Below are positions 39,689 through 49,300 of a stretch of 64,000 nucleotides of DNA, one piece after another. Numbering within the stretch: the first letter of the stretch is position 1; the number at the start of each line of letters is the position of its first letter. The notes below the pieces were generated by a model that was not told where the DNA came from, made no database searches, and saw nothing but the letters and a program-made list of their open reading frames with translations. The DNA is from Methanobrevibacter sp. (lineage in GTDB: Archaea > Methanobacteriota > Methanobacteria > Methanobacteriales > Methanobacteriaceae): assembly GCF_045539575.1 (NCBI RefSeq), contig NZ_JAZQFM010000028.1:113687-177686 (forward strand). The letters run 5' to 3'. A program made the translations under genes and the position numbers.

Positions 39689-42600
39689 TTGTTCAAGTTC
39701 AATAGATTAAAAGGAGGTGAAAATACGGTAAAGTTAAATAATCGAATAGTATTTGCATTATTGATTTCTATATTGCTTCTGTTTTCTGTAAACAGTGTTT
39801 TTGCAGGAGATAATGAAACTATATCTGAGGTAATAAGTGCTCCAAATGATTTGACTGAAATAACGTCGAAAAATGATGTAAGTACACTTCAGGCTTCTAA
39901 TGAGTCAGTTCTATCCGCAAATAACAATGTAATTAATATTGTTGATGTTAGGGATTCATACAATGAAAAAACCAAAACATGGGATGAAGACGGATTCACC
40001 ATAGCGGGAGCTACCGTAAAGGTATTTGACTCCAACCATAAGTTGATTTCAACTCACACTACCAATTCAAAAGGTAATGTTGCAATTAAAAACTTAGGTT
40101 CCGCTAAGTATTATCTGGAAGTCAGTTACTCCACTTATGAAACTCAAAAGCTGAGTGTCATTGATTTTACTAAAAATAGTGGTACAGTAACCATTAGGGA
40201 CATAATGTTCACTCCCGACATTCTTCTGTTAGTGGATTATAACTCCCACAATGAAAAGGTAGATGTTTTGATGAACATGTCCAGAAGGGTGGCTTACATC
40301 AGTACAACAGATTTCGACAAGTCCAGGTCATGGTTGGTTGAATATGCTCAATTTATCCATATTGATATGTTTTCAGAATCTGCATACAGTGTTCTTACAG
40401 GACAATACCTAAAAGAGCTCCTGGCAGAATCACCTGCTAACGCAAGATATAATGTAGCTTACACATTCAGTGTATTCTCACAGCAAATCCTGAACAATAC
40501 AGGTTTGCACGTTGTTGGAGCTTCACCTGAGAACAATACGTATGACACTATTGAAAATACATATATCGGTTCTTATTTCCAAGCAAAAGACATTGCTGAA
40601 TCAGATATTCTGCAGAGCAATATGAAAAATTATCTAGATTATGTTCGTTACTTAATCAATCCATCAAAATATGCAGATCCTACACTTGATGAGGACAACG
40701 CACCACTGATGGCTCCTGAATGTGGTTTTTACCATCCTGATTTAGGATTGTACACACTCGTTCCTGAAGGAAAGCTAATCAATCAGTGGATTCATCAAAA
40801 TCCGGGTTATACTCATAGTTCAGACGGTAGTTTGAATTGGATGACTGAAAATTATGTTGTGTGGTTAACTGAAACTTTGGATCCAACATCATTGTTTAAG
40901 AAGTTTGAAAGTGATTATATCGCTAAATTCCATCCAACAAAATCATTCATTGCTATCGCTTCATACTATGGCGGAGAAGAAGTGTCCGATGCGTTAATCA
41001 GAGGATATGAAGCTAACGGCAGACCTGCTTTCAATGTATTTAAAACAGGAACTCAACCGCCAATGTCTTCAATATTAAATAAGATTAACAACCTCTCAAA
41101 AGTGGGTATATCTGCTGTAAATTCATTATGCAGCTGGTCACTTGACTATGCTAACGGTACTGCAGAACCTGATTTGACTGATATTGACTTACATGTCTTG
41201 AAAGGTATTGTGGAAATATCTGAATACAGTTACAAATCAGAACTGGGTGCACAGACTGAATGGACCTTCATGGTTACATATCCTAGTTTTGAAGGAGTAT
41301 TCGGTCAAGTAGCATTGTCTTGGGTTGACAATTTCGGTAACTCTCATGTAATCCAGGACGGTGTAGACAAGATGGTTCAGTTAAACTGCAAATGGGCTGA
41401 TTTACATGACTTAAATAATTCTGATAAGAAAGTTGCAATCATGCTTTATAACTATCCGCCGGGTAAAGCTGAAATTGGTGCTTCATACTTAGATGTATTT
41501 ACTAGTGCTTATGATTTACTTATTCAATTATATGCTCAAGGTTATGACATTGGAGGTTCAGTCGAGTATTCTAACTATTACAACAATACTTATCAATTCC
41601 TTATCAATTCACAAAAAAATTATCAAATAAATGGGTCATTCACTCATTTGGTGTCATTATATAATTTGACTAGAATTATTTTTGATATGAACAATAAGGG
41701 GTCATGGGCTTCCGGTTTGCTTGAAAAATATGTTGAAGAAAATTGGGATGACTTGATGGCACATCATCAATTGATATCTCTTAAGGACTTTGAGTATTTA
41801 ACTTCAGACATTAGGGATTCCTTATATTACAACCTTACAGGCTATTGGGGTGACGGTTTAGGTCCTGCAATGGTCTATAAAAACAAATATATTGTTATTC
41901 CTGGTGTTTGGTTCGGTAATGTATTTATCACTTTCCAACCTAGTAGGGGATGGGAAGAAGTCCAGGATTATCACAGTTTAGTTATTCCTCCGCACCAACA
42001 ATATGTTGCATTCTATAAATGGATGCAAAAAACTGCAAAAATGAATGCTATTGTTAGTATGGGAACTCACGGAACATTAGAATGGTTGCCTGGTGTAAAC
42101 CTCGGTGCATTTCCGGGAGATTGGACTTTCGAGTTAACATTAATTCCTACAGTATATCCATATATTGTGTCTAACCCTGGTGAAGCGATGGTTGCTCGTG
42201 ACAGAAGTTCCGCATTGGTAATTACTCACATGACTCCTGCTATGGTTTCATCTGAGTTATATGGTAATTATACCACTTTAAAAAATTACATAAATTACTA
42301 TAAGGAACAAGTCAGTCTTAACGTTACTGCTAATGCAGATGAATATAGGGAAATGATTATAAAATTGGCTCCTGAATTAGGTTTCAGAAACTTCTCATCC
42401 AAAAATGAAACATTCCAAAACTATATAGATGATTTGCATCACTATCTGGATGACATGGAGGATGACTTCAACACTTACGGTCTTCATACCTTAGGTAAAA
42501 TACTGACTGGTTATGAATTGGCTGAAGAGGTCGTTACAATTGTAACTTCCCAAACAAAAATCTATGACCAATTGGTTGAGTTCATGTATCCTAAATTGAA

Positions 42601-44611
42601 AGGACTAAGCTTCTACAAGGATATGCTAAAGGACTTCAAGTATGCTGATCATGTAAAAGCTATAAAGGCATTCCTGATGGCATATTCAAATTCATTGGTC
42701 AACGGAAGTTCTGCCAAAGACCTCAATAAGAAATTTGGAATTAAGGAAGGAACCGCATTGTACAATTCAACATTGTACTGTGAAGACATCATAGCCAATA
42801 TTCAAAACAACAACGAATGGAACGCAATTATGCTTGCATTATCTGGACGTTATGTAAAATCCGGTTTATTCGCTGATCCATCATATGGTGATTCAATACC
42901 TACAGGATTCGATGGTTACGCTTCTGACCCTACAAGAATGCCATCTCATGCAGCATTTGAATCTGCTGTCAAAATTGTTGACATGCTTTTAGCTAATTAC
43001 TATGAACAACATGGTAAATGGCCAGAGTTAACATCATTAATCTTATGGGGTACAGAGATATCCAGGACTGAAGGTATCGGAGTTGCAGAATTCCTATATC
43101 TTTTAGGTTGTAAACCGGTTTGGGCGGACAATGGAAAAGTGCTCGGTGTAGAACAAATTCCATTAAGTGATTTAAACATAACTTTGAATGATGGTTCTGT
43201 TGTTAATAGGCCTAGAATAGATGTATTTGCAAGTATGGTTACAAACAACAAAGATTGGATAACTTGGATGCTGACTGCTGTAAATATGGCAGCAAATGCT
43301 ACCGGTGAGGATGAAAGCAACAACTATGTTAAAAAACATTATGCTGAAAATCCTACTTTGGATAGATTATTTGGTCTTCCAGGTAATGTATTAGAAGGAA
43401 CCGGTATGTCAAATCTCTTGCCAAATACTGCAGACTGGAATATTTCAACTGTAAATAAATATGCAACAGATATATATTTAAGCAAGGTATCCTATTCCTG
43501 GACATTGGATGAGAAAGGACATATTGTTGTTAAAAACGAAAAAGAGAACTATAAATATCTGCTTAAAAAAGTTGATGTGATTACTCAAAACTTCGACAGT
43601 TCCTGGAGATTATTCGATTCAGATGATTATCCTGACTGGTTTGGTGGTTTATACAATGCAGCAATTGTATTGAAAGAACAGGATGGAATTGAAAGGCCTG
43701 ATACAGCATTCTTTGATATCAGGAACAAAAACAATTACATTTCAAGGACATATGAACAGGAAATGGAATTTGAAATTCGTAGCAAACTGTTAAATCCTAA
43801 ATATTATGATGTATTGTCCAAAACCCCTGGAGGAATGAATACTCTTGCATCAAACATGCAAAACATGTATATAGTTCTTGTATTAAGTAATAGTCAACTC
43901 AACAAACAGTTAGGAGATCAATTGGCTCAACGTAATCTGGAAGCACTTGCTGGTGCTAAGGATGCTACTTTAGCTCCTGCGGCACAATCCATGGCAGGTT
44001 GGCAAATATATATGGCTGACCAAGGTCTTTGGGATGGAGACGCAGCAACTGTTCAGAAATTAGTCGATGCATATATGCAAAGTGTTATTGATTATGGTGT
44101 TGCATGTTGTCACCACACATGTAAAAACCTTGCATGGAATGCGAAAATCATTCAGTTAAGTTCCTTAACTCCTGCGCAAAAGCAGAAATTCGCAGAAATC
44201 CTTGCTCAAGCTACAAACACTGATCCGTTATACCAAATGGACCAATCTGGTGAAAGTCAAGGCCAATCTGGTAATCAAAACAACGGAAACAATAATGCAA
44301 ATGTATTAACTAATGATACTTCCCAGCAACAATCAGAACAATCAAGTTCTGGAGGAAGTACTGCTGCAGGTAATGACGGTTCACAACCTGGAACTGCGAA
44401 AACCGCTTCAGATTCTCAAAGTTCTCAAGATGCATCTTCAAGTGCAGGAAGCAGTAAAGCTTATGAGATTTCTGAAAAATCAACTGCAAAATCTGTTAGT
44501 GCAACAGAATCTAGCATGCCAATATTTGTTATCGTTGCTGTAATTGCATTAATTGTAATATTCTTAGCAGGATACTGGCGTAATGATGAAGATGATTATG
44601 ATGATTATTAA
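39689..44611 (+). CDS. CobN / Mg-chelatase H-like protein with signal peptide, CarboxypepD_reg-like domain, low-complexity stalk and C-terminal TM anchor
   Basis: 1640 aa. CobN-type motifs: VAIMLYNYPPGKAEIGASYLDVF, MGTHGTLEWLPG, ITHMTPA, LWGTEISRTEG. The N-terminus has the hydrophobic signal ...IVFALLISILLLFSVNSVFA|GDN. The C-terminus is a Q/S/N/G-rich stretch followed by IFVIVAVIALIVIFLAGYW. The start is uncertain (TTG at 39689, or ACG at 39725 after GGAGGTGA). Confidence 0.85.
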   Translation: MFKFNRLKGGENTVKLNNRIVFALLISILLLFSVNSVFAGDNETISEVISAPNDLTEITSKNDVSTLQASNESVLSANNNVINIVDVRDSYNEKTKTWDEDGFTIAGATVKVFDSNHKLISTHTTNSKGNVAIKNLGSAKYYLEVSYSTYETQKLSVIDFTKNSGTVTIRDIMFTPDILLLVDYNSHNEKVDVLMNMSRRVAYISTTDFDKSRSWLVEYAQFIHIDMFSESAYSVLTGQYLKELLAESPANARYNVAYTFSVFSQQILNNTGLHVVGASPENNTYDTIENTYIGSYFQAKDIAESDILQSNMKNYLDYVRYLINPSKYADPTLDEDNAPLMAPECGFYHPDLGLYTLVPEGKLINQWIHQNPGYTHSSDGSLNWMTENYVVWLTETLDPTSLFKKFESDYIAKFHPTKSFIAIASYYGGEEVSDALIRGYEANGRPAFNVFKTGTQPPMSSILNKINNLSKVGISAVNSLCSWSLDYANGTAEPDLTDIDLHVLKGIVEISEYSYKSELGAQTEWTFMVTYPSFEGVFGQVALSWVDNFGNSHVIQDGVDKMVQLNCKWADLHDLNNSDKKVAIMLYNYPPGKAEIGASYLDVFTSAYDLLIQLYAQGYDIGGSVEYSNYYNNTYQFLINSQKNYQINGSFTHLVSLYNLTRIIFDMNNKGSWASGLLEKYVEENWDDLMAHHQLISLKDFEYLTSDIRDSLYYNLTGYWGDGLGPAMVYKNKYIVIPGVWFGNVFITFQPSRGWEEVQDYHSLVIPPHQQYVAFYKWMQKTAKMNAIVSMGTHGTLEWLPGVNLGAFPGDWTFELTLIPTVYPYIVSNPGEAMVARDRSSALVITHMTPAMVSSELYGNYTTLKNYINYYKEQVSLNVTANADEYREMIIKLAPELGFRNFSSKNETFQNYIDDLHHYLDDMEDDFNTYGLHTLGKILTGYELAEEVVTIVTSQTKIYDQLVEFMYPKLKGLSFYKDMLKDFKYADHVKAIKAFLMAYSNSLVNGSSAKDLNKKFGIKEGTALYNSTLYCEDIIANIQNNNEWNAIMLALSGRYVKSGLFADPSYGDSIPTGFDGYASDPTRMPSHAAFESAVKIVDMLLANYYEQHGKWPELTSLILWGTEISRTEGIGVAEFLYLLGCKPVWADNGKVLGVEQIPLSDLNITLNDGSVVNRPRIDVFASMVTNNKDWITWMLTAVNMAANATGEDESNNYVKKHYAENPTLDRLFGLPGNVLEGTGMSNLLPNTADWNISTVNKYATDIYLSKVSYSWTLDEKGHIVVKNEKENYKYLLKKVDVITQNFDSSWRLFDSDDYPDWFGGLYNAAIVLKEQDGIERPDTAFFDIRNKNNYISRTYEQEMEFEIRSKLLNPKYYDVLSKTPGGMNTLASNMQNMYIVLVLSNSQLNKQLGDQLAQRNLEALAGAKDATLAPAAQSMAGWQIYMADQGLWDGDAATVQKLVDAYMQSVIDYGVACCHHTCKNLAWNAKIIQLSSLTPAQKQKFAEILAQATNTDPLYQMDQSGESQGQSGNQNNGNNNANVLTNDTSQQQSEQSSSGGSTAAGNDGSQPGTAKTASDSQSSQDASSSAGSSKAYEISEKSTAKSVSATESSMPIFVIVAVIALIVIFLAGYWRNDEDDYDDY

Positions 44612-44756
44612 TTAATCATCAACTTTTTTTTATTTTTTTTAGTTATTTTTAAATATTATATTTTATTATATCTAATAATATAATAGAAAATTTTTAAAGT
44701 TTAATTTATTAAAAATTTTTAATAATTTGTTAAATTAAAAATGATGAGGTATAATA

Positions 44757-47700
44757 ATGGTTAAAAAAATTAATATTTTATTAGTTTTATTGCTTTTATT
44801 TGTTTCCATATCTGCTGTAAGTGCGGTGGATGACGGAAACATTACGGAATTGGAAAGCAGTGAAGCTATTCAAGATACGTTACAAGTATCTGTTGATGAA
44901 GATGCCAGTTATGCTTCGGATAGTCTTGATGATGTTGTGGCTGTCGAAGAAACTGATGCGGAACTTTCTGAATCTTCATTTACAATTAATGATGGTAATT
45001 ACAAACAGTATTTTAATACTGCCACTGGACAGTTGGTTTCTTCTGATGTAAAGTCTGGAGATACAATAATTTTAGACGGCACTATTTCAAATAAGAATTT
45101 AATTATCAACATTCCGGTAAATATTGTTGGCTCTTCTTCAAATAATTTGAAAAACTCAATGATTATTTTAAAAAATGGAGCTTCTAACAGTAATGTTTCT
45201 GATTTAAAAATTGCCAACACCAATAATGGAAAAGCGGGTGTTGTTTTGGATTCTGCTAGTTATTGTACAATTACTGGTTGTGTAATAAATAATAAGGGTG
45301 CAGGTTCATATCCAATTTCCGTTATTAACGGTGCAAATCATAATAATGTAATTGGAAATGATTTAACAGCATATGGTATTACATATGGTCATGGTACAAG
45401 ATCTACTCCTGGTTTGATTGTCAGTGGTTCCCATTATAATTACATTGCAAATAATCATGTTGAAGTGGATGACGCTAATGGAATATACTTGTCAAGTTAT
45501 GCTGGAGAAAGTGAAGATAAGGTTATTAAAAATTATGGTGGTATCTCTAATTTTAATATGATTTATAATAATACTGTTGAATGTAATGTTTTAGCTACTT
45601 CATGGAGTTACAGTATTCAGATAATGGGTAACAATAATACAGTCAAATCCAATACTGTCCTTAGAGGTTACAGGGGTATTTCCACTTCTGGTGCAGGAAA
45701 TATTATTGATGGTAATATAATTAGTGTTGCCGGTTCTGATTTTACTCATCCGGGTGTTGAAACAGGTGGGGAATATGGTATTGTAGGAGCTATTTACTCA
45801 ACAATAACAAATAATATAATTACTGGTAAAATCATTTCCACTGGTGGAGGAATCTCTGCTCTTGACAAGTCAGTTGTTGAAAACAATTTGGTTAATATTA
45901 CTAAAGTTGGTAAAGGTATAAATGCTGAGGGTTCAAACATCATAATTCGAAATAACACTGTATGCACTGTATCTGGTTCAGGTATCTATCAACAAGGTAA
46001 TTATTTCGGCCTTATAGTTGAAAATAATAATATTACTTCTGAATCCGGTGTGGGTATTTTAATAGAAAAAGAAAACAATAAAAAAATGCCTTCAAATGTT
46101 ACTGTTATCGGAAACACTATCAAAACTGGAAATAAAGTTGCTATTGATGCTAGCAGTGTTGTGGAATCATCTTCTAATATAGACCATGAATCTAATAATG
46201 TTTATGGAAAGATTATTATGAGTCCTGAAGGTGTTATAGATACATCCAAATCTGTATACATTTTTAAGGGAAATACAAGTATTATCACTCCGGACAATAT
46301 TAGGGAATACATTAATGCTAATGGTGATTTAACATATAATGTACATGATGGCGATATATTAGAATTTGAAGGAACATTCGAAAATGAGGTAATCTATATT
46401 AATAAACGCGTTAAGATAACTGGTGATAATCCAGTATTTTACAATTCCACATTTAAAGTAACATCTGGCGGAGTATTAATTGAAAATTTAACTATCATCA
46501 ACAGGGAAGCAAATAGGGTAAATGCATGGGGTATTTTCACAAACCAGGCTAATGGTGTTAGAATCACTAACAATAAAATCACTGTCAGTGACCCTAAGGC
46601 AGCTTATGCAGTTTATGTTTTAGAATCAACAGAGGTTGAAGTAATTAACAATGAATTAACTTCTGAAGGGGACTTTTTAACATTTACTTTACTTTCATAT
46701 GCTTCTGAAGACTGTACTTTTGCAAACAATACTATTAAAACAATTGGAACAAGTGAAGTATACTCATTTGCACCGGAAAAATGCATTGACGGTAATGAAA
46801 TAACTGTTGATGGAAAACAATATTGCATTGATGGTAATGAACTAATAATCGACGGTAAATCCTATTGTATTGATGGAAATGAACTTACTATTGATGGAAG
46901 GGTTTATTGTATTGATGGTAATGAGTTGAGTATTGATGGTCATTCTTATTGTATTGACGGTCAGGAATTGACTATTGATGGTAAGACTTATTGTATTGAT
47001 GGTGATGAGTTGAGTATTGATGGTCATTCTTATTGTATTGACGGTCAGGAATTGACTATTGATGGTAAGACCTATTGCATTGACGGCAACGAGCTTTGTA
47101 TTGACGGTGCTGAATACAGTATGGGTAAAGCGCATGTCATTTCAGAAATTTATCAAACTTATGGAATTTTATTATTATACTCATCAAACAATAAAATTTC
47201 TGGAAATGACGTAAATGTTACATCTAAATTAGATTCAGTACACGCAACAACCGGTGAAGACAACTCTACAAACTCCTTGGTTGGTATTGACTCATACTTC
47301 AACACTCACAATAATATATTTTCAGATAACACTGTCTACATTAAGGCTAATGATAATTACATTTATGGTATGGGTGTTTTAGGATATAATACCGGCCACA
47401 CTGCTCCTGCAGGTCAAGGCGCTTCCAACAATACCTTTGAAGGAAATAAAATTATTCTTGAAGGTCCATATTTCACAACTGGATTGATTGTCGGAAGTTC
47501 ATCTGAAGACACTATTTTAAAAGGCAATACTATTGAATTACTCTCACCTGTAAGCTATGGTATTACTTTGGAAATGTCTCAAAGATCAACTATTGAAAAC
47601 AATAATTTAAACTTGAATTCTGATGCAGTCTATGGAATTGATTTAATTTCATCCTCTGATAATGTCATTAATAAAAATACTGTTGTTGGTGAAGGTAAGC

Positions 47701-49121
47701 AGGTTTATGGCATTTTTATTTCAAACGGTAAAAACAATGAAATTAACGATAATTCAATCAAAGCCAGAGGTAACGGTGAAAATTTAACCTTTAAAGTATT
47801 GGACTCTCTTGGAATAGGTAATGCGGGTATTTATCTCATGGCTATTTCAACCAATAATAAGATCAGCAGTAACAACATCACTTCAACTAAAGGATATTCC
47901 ATTTTGGTTGACGATGTTGCAACCTCCAATGTAATTTCTGACAACTATCTTAAATGTGAAAAAGGTACTGGGGCTAATGCAATAAGCAACACTAAAAATA
48001 ATGATATTATAGACAACTATGTAAATGTGGCTGAAGTATTGTCTGTAAGCGCTCCTGATGTTGTTTATCGTGGTGTTGGTGAGTTTGCAGTAACTTTAGA
48101 TAAAAGTATGGATGGAGCTATTGTAAAATTCTATGATGGTGATGGAAAACTGTTTGCTCAATCAACTGTCTCTAATGGAATTGCAAAAGCTAAGTATAAC
48201 TTTGATAAAACATATACTCCTGCACAGTACATCTTCACAGCAAAAGTTTCAAAAGAGAATTATAGAACCATAACTTCCGAGTTGGAATTTTCAGTGATTA
48301 ATGGAAACCTTGTTATCACTGTGAAAAAGGTTTCAATGGAACAGGGTGGAACCGGAAACTTTGTTGCTACTGTTTTGGATGAATTTGGAAATCCTGTAGC
48401 TAAAGCAAATGTTATATTCAACAGGGTTAATTCTGTAGGTAGGCTTACTCCTTTAGGAAATGCTGTCACTGACAGTAAAGGTGTTGCAACATTTAAGTAT
48501 GATGTTCCTAAGGATTATGAACTTGTGGATTATGATATTGTTTCAAAGGTTGCTGGTGCTGAAAATTACAATGACGCTAACACAACTTCCATTTTAACTG
48601 TGGTTGAAAAATTATCTATCACCGGAAACAAGGCTTACTCTGTATACTATGGAAATACAGTAACATATAAAGTCAAAATTTTGGATGCGAAGAAAAAAGC
48701 GGCTGCTGGAAAAACAGTAACATTCAAAATAAACGGCAAAACCAAAAAGGTCAAAACTGATAAAAACGGTTATGCATCTTATAAGGTTAAATTGGCTGCA
48801 GGTTCATATACAATCACTGCCACATGCGGTCTTCATAAGGTATCCAACAAGATCACCTTCAAGCCTACAGTGATTGCCAAAAGCCTTTCTAAAAAGAAAG
48901 CAAAAACCATTAAGTACACAGTTAAAGTCGTAAACAATAAGGGTAAAATCTTAAAGAACAAGAAAGTTACATTTAAGGTTAAAAATAAAAAATACACAGC
49001 AAAAACCAATAATAAAGGTATAGCTACTATAACACTTAAAAATTTAAAAGTGGGCAAGTATCCAATATCTTCTAGTTATGGTGGATGTACAGTAAAAACT
49101 ACATTAACAATTAAGAAATAA
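44757..49121 (+). CDS. Adhesin-like surface protein (right-handed beta-helix repeats, CIDG repeat array, C-terminal Ig-like Lys-rich repeats)
   Basis: Signal peptide MVKKINILLVLLLLFVSISAVSA|VDD. Many N-x-I/V-x-x-N beta-helix (PbH1-like) turns. Has 8 x 14-aa YCIDGxELxIDGxx repeats and a Lys-rich Ig-like C-terminus. 1454 aa. Confidence 0.85.
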   Translation: MVKKINILLVLLLLFVSISAVSAVDDGNITELESSEAIQDTLQVSVDEDASYASDSLDDVVAVEETDAELSESSFTINDGNYKQYFNTATGQLVSSDVKSGDTIILDGTISNKNLIINIPVNIVGSSSNNLKNSMIILKNGASNSNVSDLKIANTNNGKAGVVLDSASYCTITGCVINNKGAGSYPISVINGANHNNVIGNDLTAYGITYGHGTRSTPGLIVSGSHYNYIANNHVEVDDANGIYLSSYAGESEDKVIKNYGGISNFNMIYNNTVECNVLATSWSYSIQIMGNNNTVKSNTVLRGYRGISTSGAGNIIDGNIISVAGSDFTHPGVETGGEYGIVGAIYSTITNNIITGKIISTGGGISALDKSVVENNLVNITKVGKGINAEGSNIIIRNNTVCTVSGSGIYQQGNYFGLIVENNNITSESGVGILIEKENNKKMPSNVTVIGNTIKTGNKVAIDASSVVESSSNIDHESNNVYGKIIMSPEGVIDTSKSVYIFKGNTSIITPDNIREYINANGDLTYNVHDGDILEFEGTFENEVIYINKRVKITGDNPVFYNSTFKVTSGGVLIENLTIINREANRVNAWGIFTNQANGVRITNNKITVSDPKAAYAVYVLESTEVEVINNELTSEGDFLTFTLLSYASEDCTFANNTIKTIGTSEVYSFAPEKCIDGNEITVDGKQYCIDGNELIIDGKSYCIDGNELTIDGRVYCIDGNELSIDGHSYCIDGQELTIDGKTYCIDGDELSIDGHSYCIDGQELTIDGKTYCIDGNELCIDGAEYSMGKAHVISEIYQTYGILLLYSSNNKISGNDVNVTSKLDSVHATTGEDNSTNSLVGIDSYFNTHNNIFSDNTVYIKANDNYIYGMGVLGYNTGHTAPAGQGASNNTFEGNKIILEGPYFTTGLIVGSSSEDTILKGNTIELLSPVSYGITLEMSQRSTIENNNLNLNSDAVYGIDLISSSDNVINKNTVVGEGKQVYGIFISNGKNNEINDNSIKARGNGENLTFKVLDSLGIGNAGIYLMAISTNNKISSNNITSTKGYSILVDDVATSNVISDNYLKCEKGTGANAISNTKNNDIIDNYVNVAEVLSVSAPDVVYRGVGEFAVTLDKSMDGAIVKFYDGDGKLFAQSTVSNGIAKAKYNFDKTYTPAQYIFTAKVSKENYRTITSELEFSVINGNLVITVKKVSMEQGGTGNFVATVLDEFGNPVAKANVIFNRVNSVGRLTPLGNAVTDSKGVATFKYDVPKDYELVDYDIVSKVAGAENYNDANTTSILTVVEKLSITGNKAYSVYYGNTVTYKVKILDAKKKAAAGKTVTFKINGKTKKVKTDKNGYASYKVKLAAGSYTITATCGLHKVSNKITFKPTVIAKSLSKKKAKTIKYTVKVVNNKGKILKNKKVTFKVKNKKYTAKTNNKGIATITLKNLKVGKYPISSSYGGCTVKTTLTIKK
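46782..47117 (+). repeat. Eight tandem 42-bp (14-aa) coding repeats, CIDGNELxIDGKxY
   Basis: Units start at 46782, 46824, 46866, 46908, 46950, 46992, 47034 and 47076. The 84-bp block 46908-46991 is repeated at 46992-47075 with only 2 differences. Confidence 0.95.
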
Positions 49122-49300
49122 GGGTTTTTAACCTTTATTTTACTTTTTTTTCAACTTTTTTTTAATTAAATTTAAATATTCTCAAAATTAAATTATTAAA
49201 CAATAGTCAATCATTTTTCAATTTTATTAGACTATTTCTTAAATTAATATATTAATGAGGTGAAATAATTAGGTCAAAAACTTTATTTGTTTCATTAATC

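Noticed and set aside
44518-44611. Archaeosortase-type C-terminal sorting signal (PGF-CTERM-like) on the CobN-like protein
   Set aside because: There is a Ser-rich stalk plus a TM helix. However, there is no PGF/PEF-type tripeptide before the helix, and the tail is acidic where a sorting signal would be basic. I treat it as a plain C-terminal anchor.
44757-44780. A7 homopolymer just after the ALP start codon as a phase-variation switch
   Set aside because: A/T runs of this length are common throughout this AT-rich window, including in housekeeping genes. There is no evidence of frameshifted copies.
46782-47117. Possible CRISPR-like array (regular short direct repeats)
   Set aside because: The repeats are contiguous with no unique spacers. 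They are in frame within a long ORF and encode a conserved peptide repeat.
46842-47135. 97-aa minus-strand ORF with striking INT/TIN periodicity
   Set aside because: It is an artefact of reading the 42-bp CIDG coding repeats of the adhesin-like gene in antisense.
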